In this document: positions 1-8,128 of the stretch, piece after piece
How the letters are laid out: each line of letters begins with the position of its first letter
Position numbering within the stretch: position 1 is the stretch's first letter
NCBI GenBank assembly: GCA_043812915.1
Contig: JBDRLQ010000006.1
Location: 1 to 20,291, forward strand
Direction: 5' to 3'
DNA: 20,291 nt
Source of the DNA: Candidatus Micrarchaeota archaeon
GTDB taxonomy: Archaea > Micrarchaeota > Micrarchaeia > Anstonellales > Bilamarchaeaceae
Notes under the pieces: model-generated
The model's database searches: none
What the model was told of the DNA's origin: nothing
What the model saw: only the letters and a program-made list of their open reading frames with translations
Made by a program: the position numbers and the translations under genes

Positions 1-269
1 TGCAGGAGATGACCCATCCGCAGATAAAGTACTATTTCAAGGAGATTGAAAGGCTCACTGGCACCTACTTCTATCTCAAGCAGTGGAAGAGATGGGAGAA
101 CCCAATCGATAACATAATTGTGAGGGAAGCCGACTATCCAGTTCCTGAGAGCTGGGATCAGATATATCGCAGGGAATGTAGAGTTCAGACGGAGTTCTTC
201 GAGGCCCTGTACAGAGTGCATAAGAATCCTGGAGGGATATCAGAAAATCAATCTGAAACGAAGGATTAA
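1..269 (+). CDS. Putative sugar O-methyltransferase, C-terminal fragment (5'-truncated by the window edge)
   Basis: The frame is open to the window start (cag gag atg = QEM). 'QEMTHPQIKYYFKEI' resembles the S-x-Q-E-M...I..Y segment of putative sugar O-methyltransferases. It sits beside two other methyltransferases. Confidence 0.5.
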   Translation, partial: QEMTHPQIKYYFKEIERLTGTYFYLKQWKRWENPIDNIIVREADYPVPESWDQIYRRECRVQTEFFEALYRVHKNPGGISENQSETKD

Positions 270-271
270 CA

Positions 272-280
272 ATTATAAGT
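272..280 (+). promoter_or_regulatory. Candidate archaeal TATA box (ATTATAAGT) for the 317/1128 methyltransferase pair
   Basis: TTATAA in a short AT-rich intergenic gap, about 40 nt upstream of the GTG at 317. Confidence 0.35.
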
Positions 281-316
281 TTTTCAGGTGAGTCTAGAAA
301 ATAAACTGAGGAAAGG

Positions 317-1105
317 GTGAAAATTCTGAGCAAAGCGGTATCGAGTATCAGGAATTCCAGTATTGTAAGAGGTATCGCTACAAGCGGCCTCTACAAGAGG
401 TTCTACGGAAGTTATATTGCACAGGCAGTGCGTTCTACATTCAATAAACCCGCAGTTTCCCAAGCAATGAAGGAGATACAGGAGTTCAACTGGTCGGGAG
501 ACCTGGATGAGCTGATCGATTTCTCCATGAACTGCTCGGACGGATACATCAGGCCCATGCAGGTGAAGGAGGAAATCAGGGGCCTTTTGGAGCTTGTCAG
601 GGAGAAGAAAGTTAGGCGCATGGTCGAAATCGGAACCGCGAATGGGGGCACGCTCTTCCTATTCTGCAAGGTCATCGAGCCAGACGCGTTCATACTGACC
701 ATGGACCTGCCCTTCGGCATTCCGCACTTATCATACCAGCAGCATAAGGTTCCGTTATACCAATCATTCGCAGGCCCAGGCCAGGAACTTCGCCTCTTCA
801 GGGGCGATTCGCACCAGCCTAAGACCGCGGAGAAGATAAGGGAGAATCTTGGCGGGCAGGAGCTCGACTTCCTGTTCATCGACGGAGATCATTCATATGA
901 AGGGGTAAAGAAGGACTTCGAAATGTATTCCCAGTTCGTCCGCAAGGGCGGCATGATAGGGTTCCATGACATCGCAGTCCACCCTCCCGAGAAGCAGTGC
1001 GAGGTGCACAGGTTCTGGGAGGAGATAAAAGGCTCTTATGAGCACAAGGAGTTCATCAAAGACAAAAACCAGGGGGGATATGGGATAGGCGTTCTATTCA
1101 AGTAG
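317..1105 (+). CDS. Class I SAM-dependent methyltransferase (Methyltransf_24/CmcI-like), probable sugar O-methyltransferase
   Basis: Motifs VEIGTANGGT, GDS, DFLFIDGDHSYEGVKKDF and GGMIGFHD. Confidence 0.85.
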   Translation: MKILSKAVSSIRNSSIVRGIATSGLYKRFYGSYIAQAVRSTFNKPAVSQAMKEIQEFNWSGDLDELIDFSMNCSDGYIRPMQVKEEIRGLLELVREKKVRRMVEIGTANGGTLFLFCKVIEPDAFILTMDLPFGIPHLSYQQHKVPLYQSFAGPGQELRLFRGDSHQPKTAEKIRENLGGQELDFLFIDGDHSYEGVKKDFEMYSQFVRKGGMIGFHDIAVHPPEKQCEVHRFWEEIKGSYEHKEFIKDKNQGGYGIGVLFK

Positions 1106-1127
1106 CGCGACAAGGAGTTTGATTTCT

Positions 1128-2360
1128 ATGGCAAAAGTCACAAATTGCAGAATCTGTTACAGCCCGGACCTTTATACTTTCCTCAAGCTGGGGCCGACCC
1201 CGCTTGCCAACAGCTTCCTGAAGTTCGACTCAGGGAATGTTGAGGAAGAGGAATACCCGCTTGACGTCTGCCTATGCAGGAACTGCGGGCTGGTCCAGAT
1301 TGATTTCGTGGTGCCTCCGGAAGTTATGTTCAAGGATTACATATACCTGTCATCCACCTCTGATACCATCAGGGCGCATTTCGCGGGCCTTGCAAAGGAA
1401 GTGCTCGATGAGTTCTCCAAGCCGGACGACCTTATCGTCGAGATTGCCAGCAACGACGGTGTTCTCCTCAAGAACATGCTCGGAAAAGGAGTGAGGCCCC
1501 TGGGCGTGGAACCGGCTACCAATGTAGCGAAGATTGCGGAGGAAGCTGGCGTTGAGACAGTAAATGAGTTCTTCAACTCGAAGATGGCAGAGAAGATTGC
1601 AGCGGAGAGGGGCAAGGCTGCCGCGATACTCGCGAACAACGTCTTTGGCCACGTCATGGACCTCAATGATTTTGCCAGGGGAATCGGCACGCTGCTCGCC
1701 GATGACGGCGTTGTGATAATCGAGGTCCCGTACCTTGTTGAGCTTTACAAGAGGCTGGAATTCGACACCATCTACCATGAGCACCTCTCATACTTCACGA
1801 TAAAGCCGGTTATGTTCCTCTTCGAGAAATACGGGATGGAAGTGTTCAATGTCAAGCGCTTCCCGGTGCATGGGGGGACGATCCGCATATACGCGCAGAA
1901 GAAGGGCGGGAAGCACCCGATAAACAAGGGGGTGCTGGATGGCATGATTGCCGAGGAAACTTCCATGGGCCTGTACGAGCCCCGCGCATATGATGAGTTC
2001 GCCAAGAAGGTTGAGAACCTGCAGAAGAACATCATCGCGCTCCTCAAGAAGCTCAAGGATGAGGGGAACACAATCGCCTGCTACGGCGCCCCGGCCAAGG
2101 GGAATACGCTACTTAATTCGTGCAAGATTGGGACGGACCTCATTGATTTCGCGGTGGACAAGAGCCCGTTCAAGCAGAACCTGCTAACCCCAGGTATGCA
2201 CATCCCGGTATATCCTGTTGAGAAGCTCAAGGAGCAGAAAGTGGACTATCTCCTGATACTGGCGTGGAATTTCGCAGATGAGATAATGAGGCAGCAGGCG
2301 GAATTCAGGGAATCGGGAGGAAAATTCATTATCCCGGTTCCTGAGCCTAAGATTGTTTAG
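1128..2360 (+). CDS. NDP-hexose C-methyltransferase (TylCIII/NovU/TcaB9-like family)
   Basis: N-terminal zinc site CRIC...CRNC; motifs EIASNDG, GVEP, FDTIYHEHLSYF, HGGTIR, YGAPAKGNTLL and LILAWNF. Start moved to the ATG at 1128, which follows AAGGAG at 1112-1117. Confidence 0.92.
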   Translation: MAKVTNCRICYSPDLYTFLKLGPTPLANSFLKFDSGNVEEEEYPLDVCLCRNCGLVQIDFVVPPEVMFKDYIYLSSTSDTIRAHFAGLAKEVLDEFSKPDDLIVEIASNDGVLLKNMLGKGVRPLGVEPATNVAKIAEEAGVETVNEFFNSKMAEKIAAERGKAAAILANNVFGHVMDLNDFARGIGTLLADDGVVIIEVPYLVELYKRLEFDTIYHEHLSYFTIKPVMFLFEKYGMEVFNVKRFPVHGGTIRIYAQKKGGKHPINKGVLDGMIAEETSMGLYEPRAYDEFAKKVENLQKNIIALLKKLKDEGNTIACYGAPAKGNTLLNSCKIGTDLIDFAVDKSPFKQNLLTPGMHIPVYPVEKLKEQKVDYLLILAWNFADEIMRQQAEFRESGGKFIIPVPEPKIV

Positions 2361-3564
2361 GCTCTTTTTCAATTATTTTTTTCATCAGCCCTGCGATTCT
2401 CTTGGCTGAATCGCCATCGAGCCTGTACAACTGGTCCTCGATGAATGAGGGCTGCTTGGTTTTCATTTCAGAAATAAGCCTCCCGTCGAACAGGATTGCG
2501 CGCAATTTCTCTTTGGCCTCGGACTCATTCTCAATCAGGACCGCGACGCCCTCATCGACATATATCCTAGGGTAGGGCTCGCACGGGAACCCCCTGCCTG
2601 TAAGATTGACAACTGCGACCGGAAGGTCGAATGCGATTGCCTCAAGGATCATGGTGGAAATATCGGCAACCAGGGCATCTGTTGCCCCTAGCAGGGAATA
2701 AGGATTTGTATTTGAAAGGAAGATGTTTTTGCAGAGGTATTTATCGAAATAATGGGGCTCGCGCCTGATGAAAGACGGATGCGGCTTGATAATCATCTGC
2801 AGGTCATCCTGGCCCTTTACCGCGGCGCAGACCTTGTCGCACATATAACGGTATTCCTTCCTGGAATACAGCCTGCCGCCTATGAGGTCTGCTGGGACGA
2901 AAAGAAGCGTCTTCTTAGCAGGGTCGGCCCCGGCATTCCTGAGAATCCCCTCCCGGCTTCCGGATTCCCTTGAGACTACCAGGTCCATAACTGGAGAGCC
3001 GGTGACATGCATGCTCTCTGGCTTGCCCCCTAGCTCAATGAATGAGCGCTTGGAGTAGTCGCCCCACACAGCGACATTGTCCGCGGTGATTCCGTATCTG
3101 TACACCTCATCCTTTTTCCGGAGCTTCCCGCCGAGCATATTTGGAAGGGTCTTTGTCAGAAGGTAAACAGGACCGTATATTGAGAGGGCAGTAGGAATGA
3201 AGTCGAGGGATATCGGAATGACGTAATTGTATGGGCAGATGATCCCGTCCTGCAGGAGCAGGGTCGGCACCCCGACGGATTTGGCCGCCCTGATGAATGA
3301 CCTGGAAATCAGTTCCACATCATTGCCTATGACCACAAGGGAGGCATTTTCCCTTTTTATGAGCCTGAATACTGAATCCTCTTCCATGCTCTTAAGCTCG
3401 GTGAATGGCATGCCCCTGGAGCGGATATCATCAAGCGTGCTGTCGCTCTTGAATTTATCTATCACAATGAGCTTGTAATCGTAATCAGGGGGGAGCTTCT
3501 TTATCACGTGGCTGAATTTCTGCACCTGCGCAAGTGTGTTCGGAACGAAGAGGATTTTCGCCAT
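2347..3564 (-). CDS. GT-B fold surface-carbohydrate biosynthesis protein (CDP-glycerol glycerophosphotransferase / capsule-biosynthesis / sialyltransferase-like)
   Basis: Motifs GVPTLLLQDG, ADNVAVWG, VTGSP, IIKPHP, STMILEAIAFDLPV and DGDSAKRIA. It directly abuts the rfbD-like gene (3564/3565). Confidence 0.65.
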   Translation of the reverse strand: MAKILFVPNTLAQVQKFSHVIKKLPPDYDYKLIVIDKFKSDSTLDDIRSRGMPFTELKSMEEDSVFRLIKRENASLVVIGNDVELISRSFIRAAKSVGVPTLLLQDGIICPYNYVIPISLDFIPTALSIYGPVYLLTKTLPNMLGGKLRKKDEVYRYGITADNVAVWGDYSKRSFIELGGKPESMHVTGSPVMDLVVSRESGSREGILRNAGADPAKKTLLFVPADLIGGRLYSRKEYRYMCDKVCAAVKGQDDLQMIIKPHPSFIRREPHYFDKYLCKNIFLSNTNPYSLLGATDALVADISTMILEAIAFDLPVAVVNLTGRGFPCEPYPRIYVDEGVAVLIENESEAKEKLRAILFDGRLISEMKTKQPSFIEDQLYRLDGDSAKRIAGLMKKIIEKEPKQS

Positions 3565-4461
3565 TCAGGCACCCTCCGGAACCGGATACCGATCGTCCTC
3601 TTCCTTGCGGGCTTTCATGTCCTCAAGCGACTCTTCCACGCCGCGCATCCTTATTCCGAGCGAGAAGAGCTTGTCCAGCACAAAGCCGGCTTTCAGGGGC
3701 CTTGGCGCGATGGTCTTGAAGAAGGTCGTCGGCTTCCCGATAATAAGCGACTTGTCCAGGCCGAAGGCGTCTGCCATCTTGTTGGATAGCTGCAGCCGGT
3801 TCAGGTAATCCGGGCCTGAGACGTTGAATACCCCGCTCTCCCCTTTTTCAAGAAGAGAGTTGATTGCAGATGCCAGGTCCTTGACATACGTCGGGTTGGC
3901 ATACTGGTCATCAGGCACAACAAGCTCCTTGCCAGCAGTCAAAGTATCGAAAAGCCTGTAGAAGAAGTTCTTCCTCTGGTACTCCCAGCCGAATATGCCT
4001 GTGGTCCTTGCGATTATGTGCTCAACCCCAGAGGCCTGGATTTCCTTTTCGCAGGCGAGCTTTATCCTGCCATATTCATTCATTGGGTTTGTGGGCGCAT
4101 CTTCAGGGTAAGGCCCATCCTTACCGTCAAAAAGATAATCGGTCGAGAAGAAGACTATCTTGCTTTTGTCCAAAGCCTTCATCGGCTCCAGGACGTTCTT
4201 GAGAATGCCGACGTTCTGCTCCCAGGCAAGTTCAGGCTCTGTCTCGCAGCGGTTGACATGCGGCATCGCGGCAGGGACAATCACCACTTCAGGCTTCAGT
4301 TCAGAAATCAGTGAGTTTGCCGCTTCGGCATCGCCAGCATCCAGCTGGATGAAACCTTTCATCTTCTTGGACCTGTAAGTAAAGTGCCAGTTCTTATCAT
4401 GGTTCTGGCGGTAGAACTCGAAGCCGACTAATCCTGAGCCTCCGATAACTAGCGTGGACAC
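3565..4461 (-). CDS. rfbD: dTDP-4-dehydrorhamnose reductase family (RfbD/RmlD-like extended SDR; NDP-4-keto-6-deoxyhexose reductase)
   Basis: Motifs GGSGLVG, CETEPE, STDYLFDG, YGRIK (YxxxK), DDQYANPTY and APRP. The GTG start is preceded by GGTGA. Confidence 0.82.
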   Translation of the reverse strand: MSTLVIGGSGLVGFEFYRQNHDKNWHFTYRSKKMKGFIQLDAGDAEAANSLISELKPEVVIVPAAMPHVNRCETEPELAWEQNVGILKNVLEPMKALDKSKIVFFSTDYLFDGKDGPYPEDAPTNPMNEYGRIKLACEKEIQASGVEHIIARTTGIFGWEYQRKNFFYRLFDTLTAGKELVVPDDQYANPTYVKDLASAINSLLEKGESGVFNVSGPDYLNRLQLSNKMADAFGLDKSLIIGKPTTFFKTIAPRPLKAGFVLDKLFSLGIRMRGVEESLEDMKARKEEDDRYPVPEGA

Positions 4462-4468
4462 TTAATAT

Positions 4469-5466
4469 TCACCTTTTCTTCCTGGAAAAGAATTCATTGT
4501 ACCAGTCGATTGTCTCTTTGAGGCCCCTGTCGATTTCCCACTCACTTTCCCAGCCGAGGACTTCCCTTGCCTTGGACGCGTCCAGGTGCTGCGCCTTTAT
4601 TTCGCCCTTCGCCTCGTTCTTGATTACGGGCTTGAGGCTGCTCTTTCTGCACATGCCAAGTATCTTCTCCATCATCTGGAGGACCGTCAATTGAATTTCG
4701 TTGCTGAAGTTGAACGCGTCCCCGTGGAACTGCTTCTCATCGGTCTTCTGTGCGAGCGCCTTGTATGCGCTCACAGCGTCCTTGACATAGATGTAATCGC
4801 GGATGAATGAGCCGTCGCTCCTAATCACGGGAGCGCGGTTCAGGTGCGCGTCCCTGATTGTGCCAGGGACTATCCTGCTGAAATTGAGGTCCCCGCCGCC
4901 GAAGAAGTTTCCGCACCTTGAGATGCCAACCGGCATTCCATATGTCTTGCCATAGCACTGTGAAAGCAAGTCTGCGCAGCTCTTTGAGCAGTCATAAGGA
5001 TTTGAGCCCTGGAGCGGAGCGCCTTCGACATAGGGCAGCTTCTCCTGTTCGCCGTATGCCTTGTCGCTGGAGGCGACCACAACGGATTTCACGAGATTAT
5101 CATGAACCCTGCACGCCTCGAGGAGGTTCCACGTCCCCTTGATGTTGCTCTCGAAAGTCCCCAGGGGAGAGCGGTTGGCTATGCCAACTATTGCCTGGGC
5201 GCCAAGGTGTATGACCACCTCCGGCTCGTATTCGTTGATTATCCGCTCTACCGAAAGATAGTCATTCAGGTCCGCCCTCGCGATGTTTACCTTCCTCTCC
5301 AGCCCATCCGTGAAAAACACGGATTCAGGCACGAAATCCCGCACGAGGCAGGTGGTCTCCGCACCGCTGGAGATAAGGTCTTCCACAAGCCAGGAGCCGA
5401 CCAGTCCGGGGCTCCGGTCACAAGAACCCTCTTTCCGCTGAAATAACCGCTCAAGCAATTCACCAT
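4469..5466 (-). pseudogene. rfbG: CDP-glucose 4,6-dehydratase-like (RfbG family) with a 1-nt frameshift in the GxxGxxG motif; either a pseudogene or a sequencing error
   Basis: The N-terminus 'MVNCLSGYFSGKRVLVTGA' is in one frame. 'GLVGSWL...HLGAQAIV...SSDKAY...YDCSK...RCGNFFGGGD' is in another. The junction is GGGG at 5408-5411. The start is ATG 5466, or TTG 5454 after GGTGA. Confidence 0.8.
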
Positions 5467-5538
5467 TTTTCCGATTCCACAGGGCATGCGCCTCCCAAGA
5501 GCTCCCTATGGATATCGACAATAAGGGTGTGTAGAACG

Positions 5539-5555
5539 TTTTAAAGGGTTTTTTA
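5539..5555. promoter_or_regulatory. Divergent promoter region with TTTTAAA TATA-like element between the rfbG-like and GT4 genes
   Basis: TTTTAAAGGGTTTTTTA lies in the ~125-nt gap between divergent starts at 5466 and 5592. Confidence 0.4.
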
Positions 5556-5591
5556 TGGATTGAGTTGAAGAGAACACAGAGGCAAAAGAGT

Positions 5592-6602
5592 ATGGATTCG
5601 AATTCAGCCAAAACGCTTGCCCTGCACGTCGGGCCGCATCTTGCCTACAAGGCATTTGCAGAGAGCATAGGGGCAACGCCCCTCAGGATAGAGACCAGGG
5701 TGGACAAGAAGCAGGATTTCCTCACAAAGGGGGTCAATTTCACCAAAAGCGTGCTCGCAGTCCCAGGGGGATATGATGTCTATCTGACCGAGACCTGCTA
5801 CTACTACGCAGCGGCTGCCAGGCGGATGAGGAAAATCCGCGGCAAGATTGTAAACGTCTGCGCCTCCCCGATGTTCTACAACATGCTCCACGGGGTAATC
5901 AAAGGCAAGGAGAAGGACATGCTCCTTGAGTTCGCAAAGGACATCGACGGCATGATAATAGAGGGCGAATACGTAGGCGAGCTTGTCAGGAAGCTCGGGA
6001 TAGATGTCCCTACGCGGACAGTGTACACCTATATCGGGAAGCAGAGGTACCAGGAGCTGCAGCAGCTCAAGCCGAACCTCGGCTCCAAGAACATCAGCAT
6101 AATCGCGACCAATGACTACCGCTACAAGGGGGTGGACATGCTCCTGCGGGCCATGAAGTTCGTAAATGAGGAGGATCCGGAGATAACACTGAACATTGTC
6201 CTTGGCAACATAGACCCGAAGGAATTCGGGGAGCACATGGTGCCAAGCGCGTCCATAAGCTATGAGGTTGCGCCAGCGCTCGAGGCCTCGGCCCTTTATG
6301 TCCACCCGTCAAGAGGGGACGTGTTCCCGGTGGCCCCGCTCGAGGCCATGATGGCGGGCCTGCCGGTGATGGTTTCTGATGAGACCGGGACCAGGGAGGT
6401 CGTCGGGAAAGTGAGGCCGGATTTCGTTCTGCCGATGACGCCCAAGGAGATTGCCGGAAAAATCCTTGAATACTTCTCGCTGGAGCTCGGCCAGAGGCAG
6501 AAGCTCTCAGATTCATTCAGGAAGGCCGCAATGCCATTCTCAGAGGAGGAACAGGTCGCAAGGTTCAAGAGGGAATACTCCGGCCTGCTCCAGCATCTCT
6601 AG
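5592..6602 (+). CDS. Glycosyltransferase family 4 (GT-B, retaining)
   Basis: Motifs YKGVDMLL and HPSRGDVFPVAPLEAMMAGLPV (D/E-x7-E). The ATG at 5592 is preferred over the TTG at 5565. Confidence 0.85.
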   Translation: MDSNSAKTLALHVGPHLAYKAFAESIGATPLRIETRVDKKQDFLTKGVNFTKSVLAVPGGYDVYLTETCYYYAAAARRMRKIRGKIVNVCASPMFYNMLHGVIKGKEKDMLLEFAKDIDGMIIEGEYVGELVRKLGIDVPTRTVYTYIGKQRYQELQQLKPNLGSKNISIIATNDYRYKGVDMLLRAMKFVNEEDPEITLNIVLGNIDPKEFGEHMVPSASISYEVAPALEASALYVHPSRGDVFPVAPLEAMMAGLPVMVSDETGTREVVGKVRPDFVLPMTPKEIAGKILEYFSLELGQRQKLSDSFRKAAMPFSEEEQVARFKREYSGLLQHL

Positions 6603-6626
6603 GCATCTGCCGCATGCAAAGACTGG

Positions 6627-6635
6627 TTTTAAAAA
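6627..6635 (+). promoter_or_regulatory. Archaeal TATA box for a probably leaderless stomatin transcript
   Basis: TTTTAAAAA is centred about 26 nt upstream of ATG 6657, with no SD motif in between. Confidence 0.55.
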
Positions 6636-6656
6636 GTGGAAAGTAGATATCCATCC

Positions 6657-7448
6657 ATGGCAGGCGAGGAACTTTGTCTTGGCGGATTACTATTCCCGAT
6701 TGGATTTTTCGCGCTGGTTTTGGCGTTCATGGGAATTCGCATTGTTTATGAGTATGAGAGGGGAATCCTGTTCACATTGGGCAAATACAGCAAAATCATG
6801 AACCCCGGGCTGAACATAATCATTCCAATTATCCAGAGCATGCAGAAGGTCGACACGAGGATAAAGACCGTGGATATTCCGAAGCAGGAAGTGATGACCA
6901 AGGACAATGTCCCAGTCAGCATCAACGCGGTCGTCTACATGAGGGTAATCAACCCTGAGAAGGCCGTGCTCAAGATACAGAACTACGTCTATGCGGTCTC
7001 GCAGTACGGGCAGACCGCGCTGCGTGATGTCACGGGAAACAAGGAGCTCGACGCCATCCTCACAGAGAGAATCCAGATTGCCAACGAGATAAAGGAGCTC
7101 GTCGACAAGGAGACTGACGAGTGGGGAATAGACATAACCGCAATCAAAATCCAGGACATCGAGCTGCCGATGGACATGAAGAGGGCGATGGCCAGGCAGG
7201 CCGAGGCAGAGCGTGAGAAGCGCGCGAACATAATCAAGGCGGCCGGTGAGGTTATCGCCTCCAAGAACCTGATGGACGCGGCCAACATGCTAGGGCAGTC
7301 GCCAGGAGGCCTCCACCTGAGGACCCTGCAGACGCTGGCGGACATCTCATCCGACCAGAGCAACACCATTGTTGTTCCCATACCGATGGAGTTCCTGAAG
7401 GCCGTCGAGGGATTCGGCAAGGCGGCAGCACCAAAGAAGAAGGCCTGA
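6657..7448 (+). CDS. SPFH/Band 7 stomatin-like (slipin) membrane protein
   Basis: N-terminal TM; motifs YERGILFTLG, PGLNIIIP, QEVMTKDNV, QTALRDVTG, WGIDITAIKIQDI, RAMARQAEAEREKRA and LRTLQTL. Confidence 0.95.
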   Translation: MAGEELCLGGLLFPIGFFALVLAFMGIRIVYEYERGILFTLGKYSKIMNPGLNIIIPIIQSMQKVDTRIKTVDIPKQEVMTKDNVPVSINAVVYMRVINPEKAVLKIQNYVYAVSQYGQTALRDVTGNKELDAILTERIQIANEIKELVDKETDEWGIDITAIKIQDIELPMDMKRAMARQAEAEREKRANIIKAAGEVIASKNLMDAANMLGQSPGGLHLRTLQTLADISSDQSNTIVVPIPMEFLKAVEGFGKAAAPKKKA

Positions 7449-7452
7449 AGAC

Positions 7453-7473
7453 CTTCTTCCTTTTTTTGATTTT
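7453..7473 (+). terminator. Possible archaeal oligo-T terminator after the stomatin gene
   Basis: CTTCTTCCTTTTTTTGATTTT follows immediately after the stop codon. Confidence 0.35.
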
Positions 7474-7474
7474 C

Positions 7475-8128
7475 ATGAGCGTCGCCATTCTTCTGCCCAC
7501 CTTGAATGAAGCCGGTTCCATCGGCCAGATGATAGAGCGCGTAAGGGCTATCAATCCTGAATACCGCATCTATGTGGTTGACAGCGGAAGCACGGATGGA
7601 ACCCTTGATATCGCAAGGGGGAAGGGCGCGCAGGTAATCCTTGTTGAGATAAGGGGGAAGGGCAGGGCAATCAAGGAGGCGTTTTCCCGGATAGAAGAGG
7701 AGCAGGCAGTGCTGCTCGACTCGGACCTGACATATTCCCCTGAGGAGATTCCGGCCCTCCTAAGGGCCCTGGAGCACTGCGATGCCGCGGTCGGGAGCAG
7801 GTTCAGGGGGAGGATGGAGGAGGGCGCAATGAGCGCGCTCAACAAGTTCGGCAACCACAGGCTGACCGACATTGCGAATCTCACATACGGAAAGGGGATA
7901 AGCGATGTGTGCTCCGGATTCTGGGCATTCAGGAAGGAGGCGTACAAGAGGATGGTGATTGACGCCCCGCATTTCGAATTGGAGGCGAACTTTTTCTCGC
8001 AGTGCGCAAAATTGAAGCTCAGGTTATGCGAAGTGCCGGTAAGCTATGGGAAGAGGACCGGGGAGACGAAGCTCAGCCCCCTCCACGGCATCAAAATCGG
8101 ATTCTACCTTCTTTCCCACAGGCTCTAG
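7475..8128 (+). CDS. Glycosyltransferase family 2, polyprenol/dolichol-phosphate sugar synthase (DPM1-like)
   Basis: Motifs LPTLNE, VVDSGSTDGT, RGKGRA, LDSD (DxD), VGSRF, SDVCSGF, EVPVSY and GETKL. Confidence 0.9.
   Translation: MSVAILLPTLNEAGSIGQMIERVRAINPEYRIYVVDSGSTDGTLDIARGKGAQVILVEIRGKGRAIKEAFSRIEEEQAVLLDSDLTYSPEEIPALLRALEHCDAAVGSRFRGRMEEGAMSALNKFGNHRLTDIANLTYGKGISDVCSGFWAFRKEAYKRMVIDAPHFELEANFFSQCAKLKLRLCEVPVSYGKRTGETKLSPLHGIKIGFYLLSHRL

Noticed and set aside
5467..5611. N-terminal extension of the 380-aa ORF 4469..5611
   Set aside because: It is an artefact of the frameshift. It runs through the promoter region and overlaps the divergent GT4 gene.
6657..7448. Stomatin lacking an adjacent NfeD partner, or acting as part of the secretion system
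   Set aside because: Stand-alone slipins are common. It has its own promoter and no evident link to the operon.
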